A stretch of DNA of 64,000 nucleotides from Eledone cirrhosa (taxonomy: Eukaryota): assembly GCA_964016885.1 (NCBI GenBank), contig OZ024740.1, positions 149,482,001 through 149,546,000 on the forward strand, given 5' to 3'. Position 1 is the first letter of the stretch, and the number at the start of each line of letters is the position of its first letter. Positions 1 to 12,950 of this stretch are shown here, piece by piece. Under the pieces are notes generated by a model. That model saw only the letters and a list, made by a program, of their open reading frames with translations. It was not told where the DNA came from and made no database searches. A program made the position numbers and the translations under genes.

Positions 1-99
1 TTGCAGCTAAAATGCCATTCCAGTTTGCAGAAAATAGTAAAGGACAAGATGTTCTAATGAAAGCTTGCTGACGCCTGAAAAACTCTGGCCGTCCAGCCC

Positions 100-1900
100 T
101 AGTCGGGGCATTGACAGCCACCACTCTAAAAGCATCACATTCGCTATTGTTCCCATCCAGGACCACCAATTTACTATCTGGGTCCAGGAAGACCATCCAT
201 ACCTTAAGATCCAGGCTTTTCCTAAACAACAGTGCCACCCAGCCTCTCATTCAAAGCTGATAAAGAGATGTGTAGATCTGAAAGTCATGAAAAATGGGAG
301 CTAGTGAGTGTGTCAGAAATGCTAGTCTTCAATTGAGATATGTTAACGAAAGGAAGGAATATTATCATAAGACCATAATATACAGACAACCATTCTTTCA
401 GAAACTCAACTTTAAGGTGATGCTCAACGCGATGAGTTTGCAGGTGGCAACATCATTTTCTGGAAGGGAAAATCAAAAGAAGAGCAATGGTACATTTGTG
501 TTGGTTTTGCAATTGATTCTGAAATGTTTAAAAACTTCCAATTTCTATAAACAAGAGATTTATGACTGCATCATGTGGTGGAGGGGGCAAAACATTGTTG
601 TTACACTGGAATATGCTATAACCAATCATAGGGACTACTCTGGTGAAAATGATGCCAAGGTTCAGAGACTCTTGTTTGCAAAGCACAATACTCACAGTAT
701 ATTACTGCGAGGTGGGCTAACAGTTGAGCAGTGGAATTTACTGCTTGTATCTGCAGTAATCACTGAAGCAGATACACCCTGTGGAAAAGTCTTGACTATA
801 ACATTCATGTTGCCACTAATACTAAGTAGCTCTGTCATCCCATGTTCCAAGTTTATTGGACTAAAAGTTCAGCTTCAGCTTCTTTGCATTCTAAGGATGG
901 CTCAACTTAATTCCTTAAAAAACAGAGATTGTTGGTCACTAAATTTAGCACCTGAATTGTTAAACGATGAATCTGTCATAGATGATGCTCCATTGAACAA
1001 AGAACTGTCATCACCTCCTTGGACACTGTAAAGAAGGTAGCAAAGACAATAAGTAAATTAAATCTTGATAAGGCTCTTGGTAAAAATGGATGCACTTTGG
1101 TGGTAGCTTTATCACAGAGAATCTTCATAATATTTTAGAATAGATTGGAGAGATTGTACTGTTTCTAAGTCATGGAAATATAGTCATTATGCATCCTCTT
1201 TATAAAGGAGTAGGTGTTGGAATAAAGTACAGCAACCATAGAGGCATTGCTCTACTGAAAGCTGTTAGAAAATTTCTGGTAGGTATTCTTCCTAACCAGA
1301 TAAATAAATTCCTTGTAATTGATGTTTTTCTTGTATCTCAGTGTGATTACCATTCTGGCAAAGGAACAATTCATATGATTTTCACTGCAAGAGAAATGCT
1401 ACAAACATAATGTGGATCTTGTCCAGGCTTTCATTGATCTAACTGTTAATAGGACTTGTTTATGAAAAATACTCAGCAAGCTTCATTATTCAGATTTTTT
1501 TTATCAATTATTAAATCAAATCATTTCACAATATGGAAGCATAGGTTAATGTCAGTAGGAACAAAACAGCACCCATTATTTTAAAAGATTATGTCAAACA
1601 GGGTGACAATCATGCTCCATCTCACTATTCTTTCTATTTTGCTGTTATTTTTTGTGCCAACTGCCCTTCTGAGATATATATGAGGTGTTAATTTAGTCAT
1701 CTCTTTATATTTTAATCTTAGTACAGCTGTTTTTCAATCACTTACTTGTGATCAGCTTTCTGTCACAAAGCTTCCAAATTCTGTCAATCAAAGATAGATG
1801 GAATCCATAGAAGAGGCAACTTTATCATGAATTAGGTCATGCACAATCTAAAACTATGCTGGTGTCAAGAATAATGTTCTCTACACTGGGTACACAGGAC
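100..1900 (+). mobile_element. Highly degraded RTE-type LINE (endonuclease/RT remnants)
   Basis: Broken-frame RT motifs NHRGIALL (~1234-1257) and VKQG (~1595), plus ELSSPP; many stops. Boundaries approximate. Confidence 0.6.
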
Positions 1901-2109
1901 TTAGTTCACTGGTGATATGCTATGATACAAAAGACTTGTCCACTAAAACAAGCAATATAACATTAAAGTAAACACGAAGAGAGACCAGTGACTATATGGA
2001 GTGGAGAGGTCCCTTTAGCTTTAAGAGGTGACAACTTCTTTGATATTCGTACTGCAATAATACACATACAAGCTGAGACAATATATAGTTGAGGGGACCC
2101 TTTGGTCCT

Positions 2110-2480
2110 GTCACAGACTTGACATCTTTAGTGTTTGTGCCATGATAAAATATACCCAGTACACTCTACAAAATGTTGATGTAAGTACCACTATAAAATG
2201 CACCTAATACACTCAGTAAAGTGGTAGTGCTGGTGTCATGATAAAATGCACCCAATACACTCTGTAAAATGGTAGTGTTGGTTGCATGATAAGAAGCACC
2301 CATTACACACTGTAAAATGTTTGGCATTATGAAAGATATAAGGCTATCGATGTCACGCTAAATATGAAACATAAGAGTCAAGATGTGGTTCCTTAACTAG
2401 TCTAGTCCCAGACCATTATGACCTGTCCACACAAAGCCAGCATGGAAAGCAGATGTAAAATGATGATAGTGGTGATGATG
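2110..2480 (+). repeat. SINE-like element with ~4 internal tandem copies of a ~48-bp unit
   Basis: Recurring gtg(c/t)catgataaaatgcacccaatacactctgtaaa unit at 2130-2330; ends in a (GAT)n-like tail. Confidence 0.5.
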
Positions 2481-3569
2481 ATGATCATAAAATCGCTGAA
2501 CCAAAAAAGACAACCGAATGTAAAATGGTAATAATGTGAACCCTTATGATTCCCTGGATGATATTGGGTGTGGTAAAAATAGGCAAAATATTTAAAACAA
2601 AAAAAAAAATGTATTTTCCTTGGGTTTGAACTCATGACTGGGATTTTGTATATCTTAACGAAGTAGTAAGAGAAAGAAAAATAATTTTGTAAAGATTTAA
2701 GATTGCTAACAAGTATAATATTAGACTCATCATTTTGTAAGACTTAATAAGAAAATAAGGTAACTCATTAGTTGAGAACACAGAATGGTGGAAAATGTTG
2801 GTGTATGTATGATTGTGTGTTAAGAGGTTTGCTTTGCCAAAACTTGGCCACTCTGTAGTATATTGGATAAATGTTTTTCTAGCAGAGTTTTGAATTAACT
2901 AATCCTTGTGCTTTTGATGTTGTGGTGTCAGATCAGCATTCAGGGAGGTCAGATGTCAAGCTTTCATGAGTTGGGCAGGCGACATGTATCAGGGGGGGGG
3001 GGGGACTAAATGAGTTCAACGTTGATTAGGTGCGTTGGATATTTGAGTGTGAGCAGGCTATTAAGGTGGGGGAAGGGGATTGCTGTAGGCCCTTTCATGT
3101 TTGTTTCATTTCATTTTATGCACATAGAAGGGGGGTGGTCTTCTGCATACAGTATAATTCCACAGGTCTCGATCCTGTGTCATTTTTGTGAGGTTTAAAT
3201 GGGCATGGTCAGCTTTTATCACTTCATCCCAAGTTTTTCTAGGGCTTCCGCTACCATAGTTACCATCAAATTTGAGTGCCTTGCAGCTCTTTATACATCT
3301 GTCATCCTAAATGTACACCACATGTCCAATATGTGTATATATATATATATATATATAAAATAGATCAGATAAGTTTATAATACAACTATATAAGGCAGAG
3401 AGATATATTCAAAGCTCAAACGTGATTTTATTATCCTCAGTAAGATTGGCATTTCAGTGTTTAATCCAATTTGTAAATTTCCAGTCTTACTAGTTTTACA
3501 ACATCCCAGAGCATATATAAAATGAATAAATAGATAACCAAGGTTTAATTTATATATTTTATATTTATA

Positions 3570-3883
3570 CAGTGAACCCCTCCGGCATTCGGGGAATTTT
3601 CCTTAGACACGTAACTAATAACTGTTTGTGGAAATCACCGCATATTCGCGGAATCGTAAATATTTTCTGTGATTTTTTAATGCCTTTTTTTGTGGCAATA
3701 TATATTTTGTCACTTTTTTAATGCTAAATTATTAATAACAATATACAGTATATGCAGGCCTATACTTTACATTATGTTTTGATATTTATAGGCATTTTTA
3801 TGGACCATGTCCAATATTCATGGTTTTTCACTATTCACAGGTGCTCTAGGAAAGTAACCTCCATGAATGCCAGGGGATAACTG
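3570..3883. mobile_element. pogo/Tigger-like MITE
   Basis: TA|CAGTGAACCCCTCCGGCATTC ... GAATGCCAGGGGATAACTG|TA: imperfect TIRs with TA duplication; no ORF. Confidence 0.7.
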
Positions 3884-4261
3884 TATAACTTCACTAGTAA
3901 CGTAATATTTCTCTATATTTGAATTTGAATTTTCACAATTGATTGAGAATAGCGATTTTAAGATAACAACAACAACAATAACACATAGTGATGAAACACA
4001 TGTAAATGCTAGAAATAAACCTTACTCTATCGCTTCTCTGGGTTAATCCACTTTTTACTTTTTGTAACTACTCCAAGGATTGCTGATCAGGAAACAATCA
4101 AAGGACAACCCTAGGATCAACCTATCGAAGTAAACATCTTGTTGAGTCAACAACCACGGGACGTTGAAATGTTCCTCGTGATAGGCTACTGTAACCCTGA
4201 ACTAGGGAAACCGAAAACGATATCTCATATACCTATATATATAGAGAGAGAGAGAGAGAAT

Positions 4262-4440
4262 GGAAAACGAAAAATCAGTGATGCATCGGAACTCAATTTA
4301 TTGTGTGTTACAATTGTTTCCCCGGCGAATAGCTTGAGGTGCGATCCATGTGTGGATCTACCTGACTCTAGTCTCGCAGGTTCCACGGACACATCTATTG
4401 GTTTCAGATAATATCCTCTTTCGGAGGATATGATCCGATA
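4262..4440 (-). mobile_element. PLE-terminus-like repeat with degenerate hammerhead-like motif (same family as 22870-23200)
   Basis: Aligns by eye with 22873-22996. Minus strand reads gtgt CCGTGGA A cctgcga ... tcgccggg GAAACAATTGTA acac, then AATAAA. Flanked by (GA)n and (TA)n. Confidence 0.55.
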
Positions 4441-5439
4441 TATATATATATATATATGCACTTAGCATCACTGATACTCAAATAAAAGAGGCATGGAAAT
4501 GCTACTATGAGAGGTTAATGAATATGGAGAAAAGGTTTCTCCCTACAAACAAAAGGTCAGCTGTATGACACCTGTGTGCAAAGTACCATGCTGCATGGTA
4601 GTTAGACATGGGCTGTAAATGTAGAAGGCTGGAAAGAAATGAGGCAAGCAAGCTTTGATAGATGTGCAATGTTAATGTACAAAAACAACAAAGCATGGAT
4701 GAACTGGGGAAGAAACTAAGTATAAGATGAATCAGAAGTAGTGTGCCAAAGAGTCAACTGCATTGTTATGGCAACCCTTACATGTTATAATATATATTAA
4801 ATTTCCTGAATTACATGAGAAGTCATTTTTAATTTTGAAAATAGGACATTCTTTGAAGTGGAATTCTTGGCCTTCTAATAGATAGTTGCATACCACAGAG
4901 TTAGGTCAGTTATATCTAGATCATCTCATATGAAGCTCCAGATTTGTTTGAGGTGAGGTTTCAATAAGATGTCTAAGAAGTTACTTAGGTAATGCGTCTC
5001 ACTAATCAGACCTGCTCTGATGGGATTTAGTTTTAAGTCAGTTAGTGAGCATATATTTACAAAATTGGTTTTCTTCTTTTTGCATGTCTCATTAATCAGT
5101 TCATTCTTGTGTATTTTCAGTAATCTATAAAGATTACTTGTTTTACATCTGAAATTAGTGAGATAATTTAACCCTTTAGCATTTACATTACTCTATATAT
5201 GCTATTGTATTTTCCAGTAAAGGCTTTATCTAACACAATATCTCACATAATATTGAATATATGAGATTTTGATATTTATTTTGAGAACAATACCTTAACA
5301 TTAGTATGAGCGACTGGTTACAGCCAGTTTGAACAGAAAGATGTGAGAGAATTATGGCCGGATATGGCCAATTTAAATGCTAACGGGTGAATTTCTTATT
5401 GGTTAGACAGTTTCAGAATGGATGTAGTAAATCTGTGAA

Positions 5440-6385
5440 TCATTTCATCACTTTATGAAATTTGTATTCTTTGGCTTCTTCTTAGTATCTATTGTCCTGC
5501 AGCATATATGGTCCAGCATATAAAAGCTCCCATGGAGTGCCAGTTTTAAACTTCTCAGTGATGGCCTAAAGAACAATGATAAACAGGAGTGGACAGAGGA
5601 ATGAGACATGGTCGATGCCCACATCACTGTACTCACTTCCGACCCTCACCCTGCTGGTTGCTCATTTATATATGGCCTCACAAGCCATCCATTTACACCT
5701 AGCTTCCTCAGTGACCACAATTTACAAAGAGTGAGACTCCGTCAAAGGCCTTCTCCATATCTACAAAAGCTAGATACAGTGGCTTACACATAGCTAAGTA
5801 CCTTTCCTGCAGCTGTCTTACTATAAAGAGGGCATCAATAGTACCTTGCCTAGCATAAATACAAACAGCATCTCATCTAAGTTGACTCCTAGTTGTGCTA
5901 TAACTATGTTCCTAGTTGTGCTATAACTCTTTCAGCAATTTTCATGACCTGGTTCATCATCAACTTGATGCATCTGTAGTTACTTCTTTCTAGTGGATCT
6001 GCTTTGCCCTTGTAGTAATTAAAATGGTACTGCTGCACTAGTCATTGGGTACACCCCTTCCTGTACTATTTGAATAACTATGAATCTGACTAGCACATAT
6101 CCTTTCATTCCAGATGCTTTTAGCATCTCAACAACTATACCAGATTCCTTCTCTATCTTCATGTCCTTAATTGTTTTACCTATCACACTGCTGTCAACTT
6201 TTATAGCTAGTCCCTTAGTTGGATCTACAAGGGGTAGGCCCTTGCTGTCCCATTTATTCTCTTTGTTCAGCACTCTCTCATAGTAAGTCTTCCATGCTTC
6301 ACTATAATTTTTAATACACTTTTCACCATCCCCATCATAATTTTCTTTAGTACACTGTCTCACAATTTGAAACACTTCCATCTCT
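5440..6385 (-). mobile_element. Degraded LINE fragment (RTE-like)
   Basis: ORF 6019-6381 (AWKTYYERVLN...GIVVEMLKASG) resembles the RT N-terminal region; further remnants lie downstream. Confidence 0.6.
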
Positions 6386-6494
6386 GATATATGATATATA
6401 TATGTATGTAAAAGGTAAACAGAAATAACAACACAATCGGTACAGTATATGGAAGGTATATATTAGGTTAACGCTTGATATAGCAGGAAGAGGG

Positions 6495-6530
6495 TCTTAA
6501 CGTTTCGGACGCTAGTCCTTCATCAGAAGA
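6495..6530 (-). ncRNA. Minimal type I hammerhead ribozyme (inverted pLTR copy)
   Basis: Exact reverse complement of 6673-6708. Confidence 0.8.
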
Positions 6531-6672
6531 AAGAATGAGAAATAAAATAGATTGAGAAGACGGGCAGGTTGGAATTGGAAAAAATGTCTTTAGATAAAAA
6601 TAACAGGTTCATTCATGTTGACATCTCTTGCAAAACTGTTGGTGCTGGCATTTCTATTTAATTCTCATTCTT

Positions 6673-6708
6673 TCTTCTGATGAAGGACTAGCGTCCGAAA
6701 CGTTAAGA
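6673..6708 (+). ncRNA. Minimal type I hammerhead ribozyme (PLE pLTR)
   Basis: TCTT-CTGATGA-A-GGAC(TAGC)GTCC-GAAAC-GTT-AAGA: catalytic core, 4-bp stem II, 4-bp stem I and palindromic AACGTT stem III. Confidence 0.8.
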
Positions 6709-6792
6709 CCCTCTTCCTGCTATATCAAGCGTTAACCTAATACATATCTTCCATATACTGTACCTATTGTGTTGTTATTTCTGTTTACCTTT

Positions 6793-6825
<33 letters not shown>

Positions 6826-9019
6826 CAACGCTTACGTGGACCTCTCAAAATTCGTTGAATTTTCTGATTGAACTTTCATCGTGAAACTGGATACCAACCC
6901 GGAGTACACCTGAACTTCCACCAGGAAATCTTTCATTTCTTTGCTTCTTGCATTTAAATATTCCACGACTCTCTACCACTTTTCCTCTACTACATTCTTC
7001 TCAGCCATCTATTTTTCACTCCCACCTTCAATATGCCTAATCTCAAATCTTTTCTCCGCCAGCTCCATTCTACTCTCAAGCTCTTACTCCACCCCCACCC
7101 CACCCCCTATATGCATCCAATCTTCCCTGCATCTCTCCAACCTCATCTTCACCAAAACACGATACAACAGTCACATCACATTTTTAAGTCGCTGTCTCCA
7201 CCACCACCTCATTCCCTGCGGTTTCCGCCTCAAGTTTCACCCCACCTCTTACTCTGTTCCCATCACTGAGCCCATCCTTACCCGCTCCTCTCGCCAGCTC
7301 ATGCGGGTGACCATTCGATCAATTCTCGCTCAAATCCGTTCTCTCGACCGAGATCTTCTCAAGGCCTACCTCCATCTCTCCTCCATTTGCCACCCTTTCC
7401 TCGACCAATCCCTTATCCAATTGATCCTTTACCTCAATTACCTCCTTTTCAATTTCCTCACTTCTGCAAAAAACTATAAACTCGACTCTCTCCGCTCCCC
7501 GCCTGCAGTCACCACCCATACTCATATCACCTCTAACTCCTCTATCCCGTCACCTACCACTGAATCTGCACACACTTTGCCCAACCACCTTGACCTCTCC
7601 GCTTCCGCCTCATTCACTCCCTCACGTCCTTGCACTGTAGTTACCATACCACAGGACCTACCACTCTCCGAAGCTGAGCGCTCCCTCCTCGCCCATGGTT
7701 TGCATTTTATACCAACCACATCTACCTGCGACGAGTTCCGCACACGTGCCGAGACTGAAGGGTTCTTCCGTCGAGTAAAGCTGAAAGCTTTTTTTTTTCA
7801 CGACACGCCATCATCAACACAGACGGATGACTTCACTCATCTCAGTCGCCGGCAATCACATTGGACGCCGAGCTCTGGCCAGTTCAGCACCTTCGTCTCC
7901 TTTGTCAATACTTGCCGGCTTACTGTGAACCGGTTCCGTTTCCACCAGCATTCTCATCGATCTAACATCACGCGAACTGAGCTCTCCGCTCTTCATAACC
8001 TTCAGTGTCGCGATGACATTTTCATCAAACCCGCTGACAAAGGTGGCGCTGTGGTGGTTTGGAGCGTTGACCTCTATAGGGCTGTGGCCCTCCTCCAGCT
8101 TCACAATACCCTTTTTTACTGCCCTTTATCCTCTGACCCCACTCCTGGCTACCAACAACTTGTGTCCTCCACTATCCACGAGCTCATCTCCTACTCTCAC
8201 CTACTCCCCACAGCCACCAACCTTATTGTACGCACCCCTCGCACACCCACCATCTACTTCCTCCCCATCATTTTTATTGCTGATGTTGGTTGAATAGAAC
8301 TTTTTAGGCAATGTTTTACAGCAAGATGCCCTTCCTGACACTAATAATTTAAATCACTTCTTATGATATGCAGATATATAATGTACCTATTCTAAACTGG
8401 ACACACACACACATATATATGCTGATTAGAGAGATGACAAACTGATACAAATGCTGAGATGCTGTATGGGAGAAAATCCATCCAATCCATGCAAGCATGC
8501 AAAAACGAATGTAAAATAGTTATGATAATATACGTATTGGTGTAGGTATCAGATACTGATGGCCAAAGATTGTGCACCAAACAAATATACTGCATGGTTT
8601 TAATTCTAATCTCAGTTGATATATGTTATATTCAGGTGATTTTGTCTTTTGTTTTACTTCAAAGTAGATAATATAGAGGGAAGGAAAATACAGATTAATT
8701 GATGAAACCAAGTTGTTTATGCTGCTGTTTGCTTATAGATTATACCTGATTATGCAAACCCATGATTAGAGGCATTTAAAAAAAAGACTGAGTATATCTA
8801 GGTCTATATTATCCAAAGCATCATTCACTTTTTTAAAAGAATTTTGGTTTGATTTGAAGGAGCTTAGGCTGATATTTCTGGCTGATCAAGTGAATGCTAT
8901 AATGTCTAGCCAGAGCTAGTGCTTATATTATTAGCACTAGAAAGAATGTTGAATTTGAAGGTGGAAAAAATATTGACCTTTGTGTCATCTGCATAAAATT
9001 ATTGAGTTAGTAAAATACT

Positions 9020-9330
9020 TGCTGATAAAAAGATGAAAGTATTGTTGAGATGACATAACGTTGTAAGTTCCTTGAGTAGGAAAAGATTTGTGCCAGTGCA
9101 AGCTACAAGTGATGTCCTCTTCCTAGAGAGAAAACTGCATGCACATTTATCAGGTAGGCGTAAATCACTATTCATTGATTTGGAGAAGGCTTTTGACAGT
9201 GTACTCTTTCTTATAATACATATACTTTTTGTCCTTGTCTGCCAGGATGAGAAAAAATGCTTAAACTGTGGAATAAATTGTATACTGAGAAAAAGTCTCA
9301 CGATTCAGACTGGAATAATCATTCGAGAGA
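9020..9330 (+). mobile_element. LINE RT fragment
   Basis: FIDLEKAFD motif in ORF 9072-9407. Confidence 0.55.
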
Positions 9331-10277
9331 ATTTACAAGTTTACTGGTGTTACAGGAAAAATAAATCCCCCTCTCTCTCTGATGAAATGTCCAACTGCAG
9401 CTGTTAGAATTCTCTTCTGTCTCATGGCATACAATGTACACTGCCTTAAAGCCTTTTTATTACTATTTACTCACACATACCACCACAAGTTTCCTAGTAT
9501 TCTGCTGTTTTATTTCTAATAAGTTGATAGCTGTGGTTATCATTGTCCTCTTCTTCGATTGGTGACAGATGTCAGACTATGCCAGCAGCTAGTATTATGT
9601 TAGTTGTGATTGAATTGGGTAAAACCCCTTGATTTGTTGCTGAATTCTCTGTCACATTAAAATCCCTAACAAACGGGCACATCGTATCCTCTTTCTGATT
9701 CTTATTTCACAACTACAAATTCACTTACATCTCCTCTTGCACCTCACACTAAGGTATGAAATAAATCACCCAGATTTACATTTTACAATTGCATCCCTCT
9801 TGAATTCTACACACGTTTGGAAGCGCTAAAATGTAAACGCAAAATGAAAAAAAGATTCAGTTCCTAGATTCTTCGTAACATATTAGAATCAGATGGGTTG
9901 AGAAAGCGAATCTGCAAATAAATGTCATCAAAGTTTGTTCTAACTGGACATTGTTCTGATCGCAACCATTTTTTGTCACACTCCCAGGCCAGTAGAATTT
10001 CGAAGGATGTCGATATTAATCAACCATACAGTATCTGTACATCTCTTGATAATGAAAGTTGAAGTGTAGAGGAGGTAATGATTACATATCAAAAACATAC
10101 AGCAAAGCGAAGTCCAGCAGCACTTGTTTGTAGTGTTTGATGGATTGAGTGTGCGAATCTACGTTTTCCTATTGTTTTCTTTTTTTAATATAAATTATTT
10201 ACCAAGACTGCTTGTGATTAAAAATAGAAAACTTAACTCATCATCGCCAAAACATTAGCTATAAAGAAAGTACTTAC

Positions 10278-10548
10278 ATTGTAATGTAAAGTCTCTGAGA
10301 GGTCTTAATTCCTCTGAAAACACCCAGTAGCATCCGGTATAGGTTTTGCCACTCATAGAGTCCATTCTTTTATATCCATCATAACATATTTCCCATAAAC
10401 CTGCACTTTTAAAATTAGGATCACCACCTTCATACCGATCGATCCAGTGTGATGTGGAAAAACAAATCACTTTGAATAATACAGCCAGTAACGTCCCAGT
10501 AAGACCTGCTATGTAAAAGATCTTCGCGAAATTCCTTGTAGCGGGCAT
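10278..10548 (-). CDS. First coding exon of a claudin/PMP22-family protein (pickel/Megatrachea-like): TM1 plus extracellular loop 1
   Basis: ATG, hydrophobic TM1, then FSTSHWID...GLWEICY...TGCYWVFSEE (W-GLW-C-C signature). 271 nt = 90 codons + 1, ending at a T|GTAAGT donor. Confidence 0.88.
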
Positions 10549-10730
10549 GATAATACAAGCGGAAGTTGATATTAGACTCTGACTCCGTAATCGTTGGAAA
10601 GTTATTGTTCTTTATTTAAATAAATAAAATGCTGTTCTATTTTAATTCCCCTTATTGTTGTTTTGTTGAAGGTTGGTCGCTTACCACCTTTACTACCTGC
10701 TCTACTTTTCCTTTGTGGCTGTGTACCTGT

Positions 10731-10764
10731 GTGACGTCACTCATATATACAGGTGCGCCAATCA
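10731..10764. promoter_or_regulatory. Candidate promoter motifs upstream of the claudin exon: CRE palindrome and CCAAT box
   Basis: GTGACGTCAC at 10731-10740 and GCCAATCA at 10757-10764, ~185-215 bp upstream of the minus-strand ATG. Confidence 0.35.
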
Positions 10765-12570
10765 TTGACTGACTACTACTACCTTTTTTATATGTGGTCA
10801 GTTTTGTAATGCGTGTCTTCAATAAAACTATATCGGGAAAGTTTAATTAATAACAGTAAAATGGGAAGTAAAGAAAAAGGCATCAGGTTAACTGCTGAAA
10901 TTTGGAAGAAAGTCGACAAAGAAGTTAACTTTGTTAAAATGACAGTTATACACCATGGTTTTCTAACAAATTGTGTTTTCTCTTCGTCGCAAATTCATTG
11001 CTGCCGGTTACTATACTGATTTCAGATGTGGTACAAGGCCTCAGAAATTACATGCTAAATAGAGACTATCTTTTTGAAGACAATTACCTACGTTAAAATC
11101 CAGTGAAACAGGTGTAAACTGAAACTGGATCGCAGTACTAGTTCACAAATAGCTTAACAGCTCACTATTCTAGAACTGATAATTTTTAATCTTATTAATA
11201 CATTCAACTTCTTTTTTTTTTTTCTTATCAACATCAATATGTTTTAAGAAAAGATCTCTGATTTTTTTTTTTTTTTTGCCATTAAGATCTGAAAGATTCC
11301 TGTCTAAAGTTTCTTTAAGAATAATTTATTTTTAGCGTCCACTTGGTCACCCAACTCCATTTCCATGGGGGAAAACATTTGTCCTGAGTTTTTTTTTGGG
11401 GGGGGGGGGGGGTCGTGTGCTATCCAAAAAAGTCGCAGGGAAAACTCCGAGAGAGGGGGGGGGACACCACACCCGTTCGTTCTCCGGAGAAAAAGTCGAT
11501 TTCCAAAATCTTGGAGGGCAAATTAGTTGATAGCACGCGAAAAAAAAAAGGTAGGAGAAAAAGTTTCTTTCCCACTGAAACGAGTGGAGTGGTCAATAAT
11601 AATATCGTTATTTTAATAATCGAAGCGAGTATAATTGATGAAAGTCAAACGAAAACAATGAAATAGATGACCAGCATATACTACTGTCATGATATTGATT
11701 AATGGCTTTTCAGATTTGTTGGATTATTTTTATTATTAATCTAAAATTATAGTAGGTTACTTGTTCATACATTTCTTTTTTTTAATTCCCACAATTAATA
11801 TGTGAAGCGCTTTAAGATAGATGGTAATTAAAAAAGTGTATACATTTTGAATACGACTGGATTCTATACAAAGAATCGTAAGAAAAAAATCATTATTTAA
11901 TATATCTCAGGCATTTATGCAATAATAATGAATTAATTGATATTTTAAGGGTGTTTGGTTACTGGATAATTAGCTCTATTGGTTTCTACAAAATATGGTA
12001 GTACCCATTTTAAAAGACCCAGAAATAAAACTGACGCAGTCTAAAAGGCAGTCATAACTTCGAGTTGGTAACCCGTTATTTCAGAAACTCAATATTTGTG
12101 GAGGATTTCCCAGCTTCGGAATTATTGAATGACAAATGTTGTAACAGCAAGTGTCATAACATTTTATATAATCTACCAGAAACTTGAATTCGTGGTTCTG
12201 CTACGATTCTTGTTCAGTTGGTTTATTATTCTGTAATTACACTGTGATTGCTTTTAGACAATGTATGTCATTTATTTCTTAACATATTGCTCAAAATTAA
12301 AAGAAATCATTTCTATCTACTTCAATATTCATTTAACAACTAATTAATTTAAGAATAAAAATTATTTTCAAACAAAGCTTTGTTGGGGTTTTTTTGGGGT
12401 AAAAGAACCTAATATATTCAATTGAAACGACCTCGATATTTTACTGGATTTTATTTCATCAGCCTCAGAAATACGAAAGTTGATTTCACACTCACTGAAT
12501 TTGAACCCGATAAACTGAAACAACAATATTTTAGTGCCAAAAAATTGTCACACCAACTCTCCATCTGGTA

Positions 12571-12727
12571 TAGTAACGTGGATGGGGAAAGAGGAGCGGT
12601 CCGCTCCGGGTGGCACTTTTGGGTCTGTATAGGCTGTATTTTCGTGGGGAGCGAGGTATGAGTCAATAACTCAAGGGGTGTCCCGGGTGGGAGATATTTT
12701 AGTTACCACACTTTAGTTACGCTATTG
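12571..12727. mobile_element. Possible old hAT-type MITE
   Basis: Ends resemble CAGTGGCGTAACTA-type TIRs (tagtaacgtgg ... ttagttacgctattg); flanking 8-mers match at only 5/8. Confidence 0.3.
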
Positions 12728-12805
12728 ATTTAGTGTATCAAATCGTCCGCTTTTCAAAGTTAGATTGGAGTTAATTATTCTACGAATCACCGTAATGCTA
12801 TGGTA

Positions 12806-12950
12806 CATCACTGGCTCGAGCTGGGAGGAGAAGCCTGCATCATCGAAGCCATGCTTTATGATCTCGTTGAGGGCAGCATGGCGTGGAAGGCGGCCGGCAC
12901 TGTAACGACAGGAAAGCGGATGGAGGCTGAAAAAATCCACGGTGTGTTTT
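12806..12950 (-). mobile_element. CRE-type non-LTR fragment
   Basis: HPLSCRYSAGRLPRHAALNEIIKHG...LEPV; closely similar to 24460-24590. Confidence 0.75.

Larger units (their letters stand above)
6394..8266 (+). mobile_element. Penelope-like retroelement (PLE), 3'-truncated, with inverted pseudo-LTR pair
   Basis: Inverted repeat ~6394-6550 / ~6654-6810, then (TA)n, then an ORF with PLE motifs FLSRCLHHHLIPCGFRLKF, FFRRVKLKAFF, IKPADKGGAVVVW and YFLP, where it breaks off. The probable ATG at 7033 (MPNLKSF) shifts frame at the C-run near 7090-7110. Confidence 0.88.

Noticed and set aside
294-1031. 245-aa ORF
   Set aside because: No host domain recognisable; lies within decayed RTE sequence.
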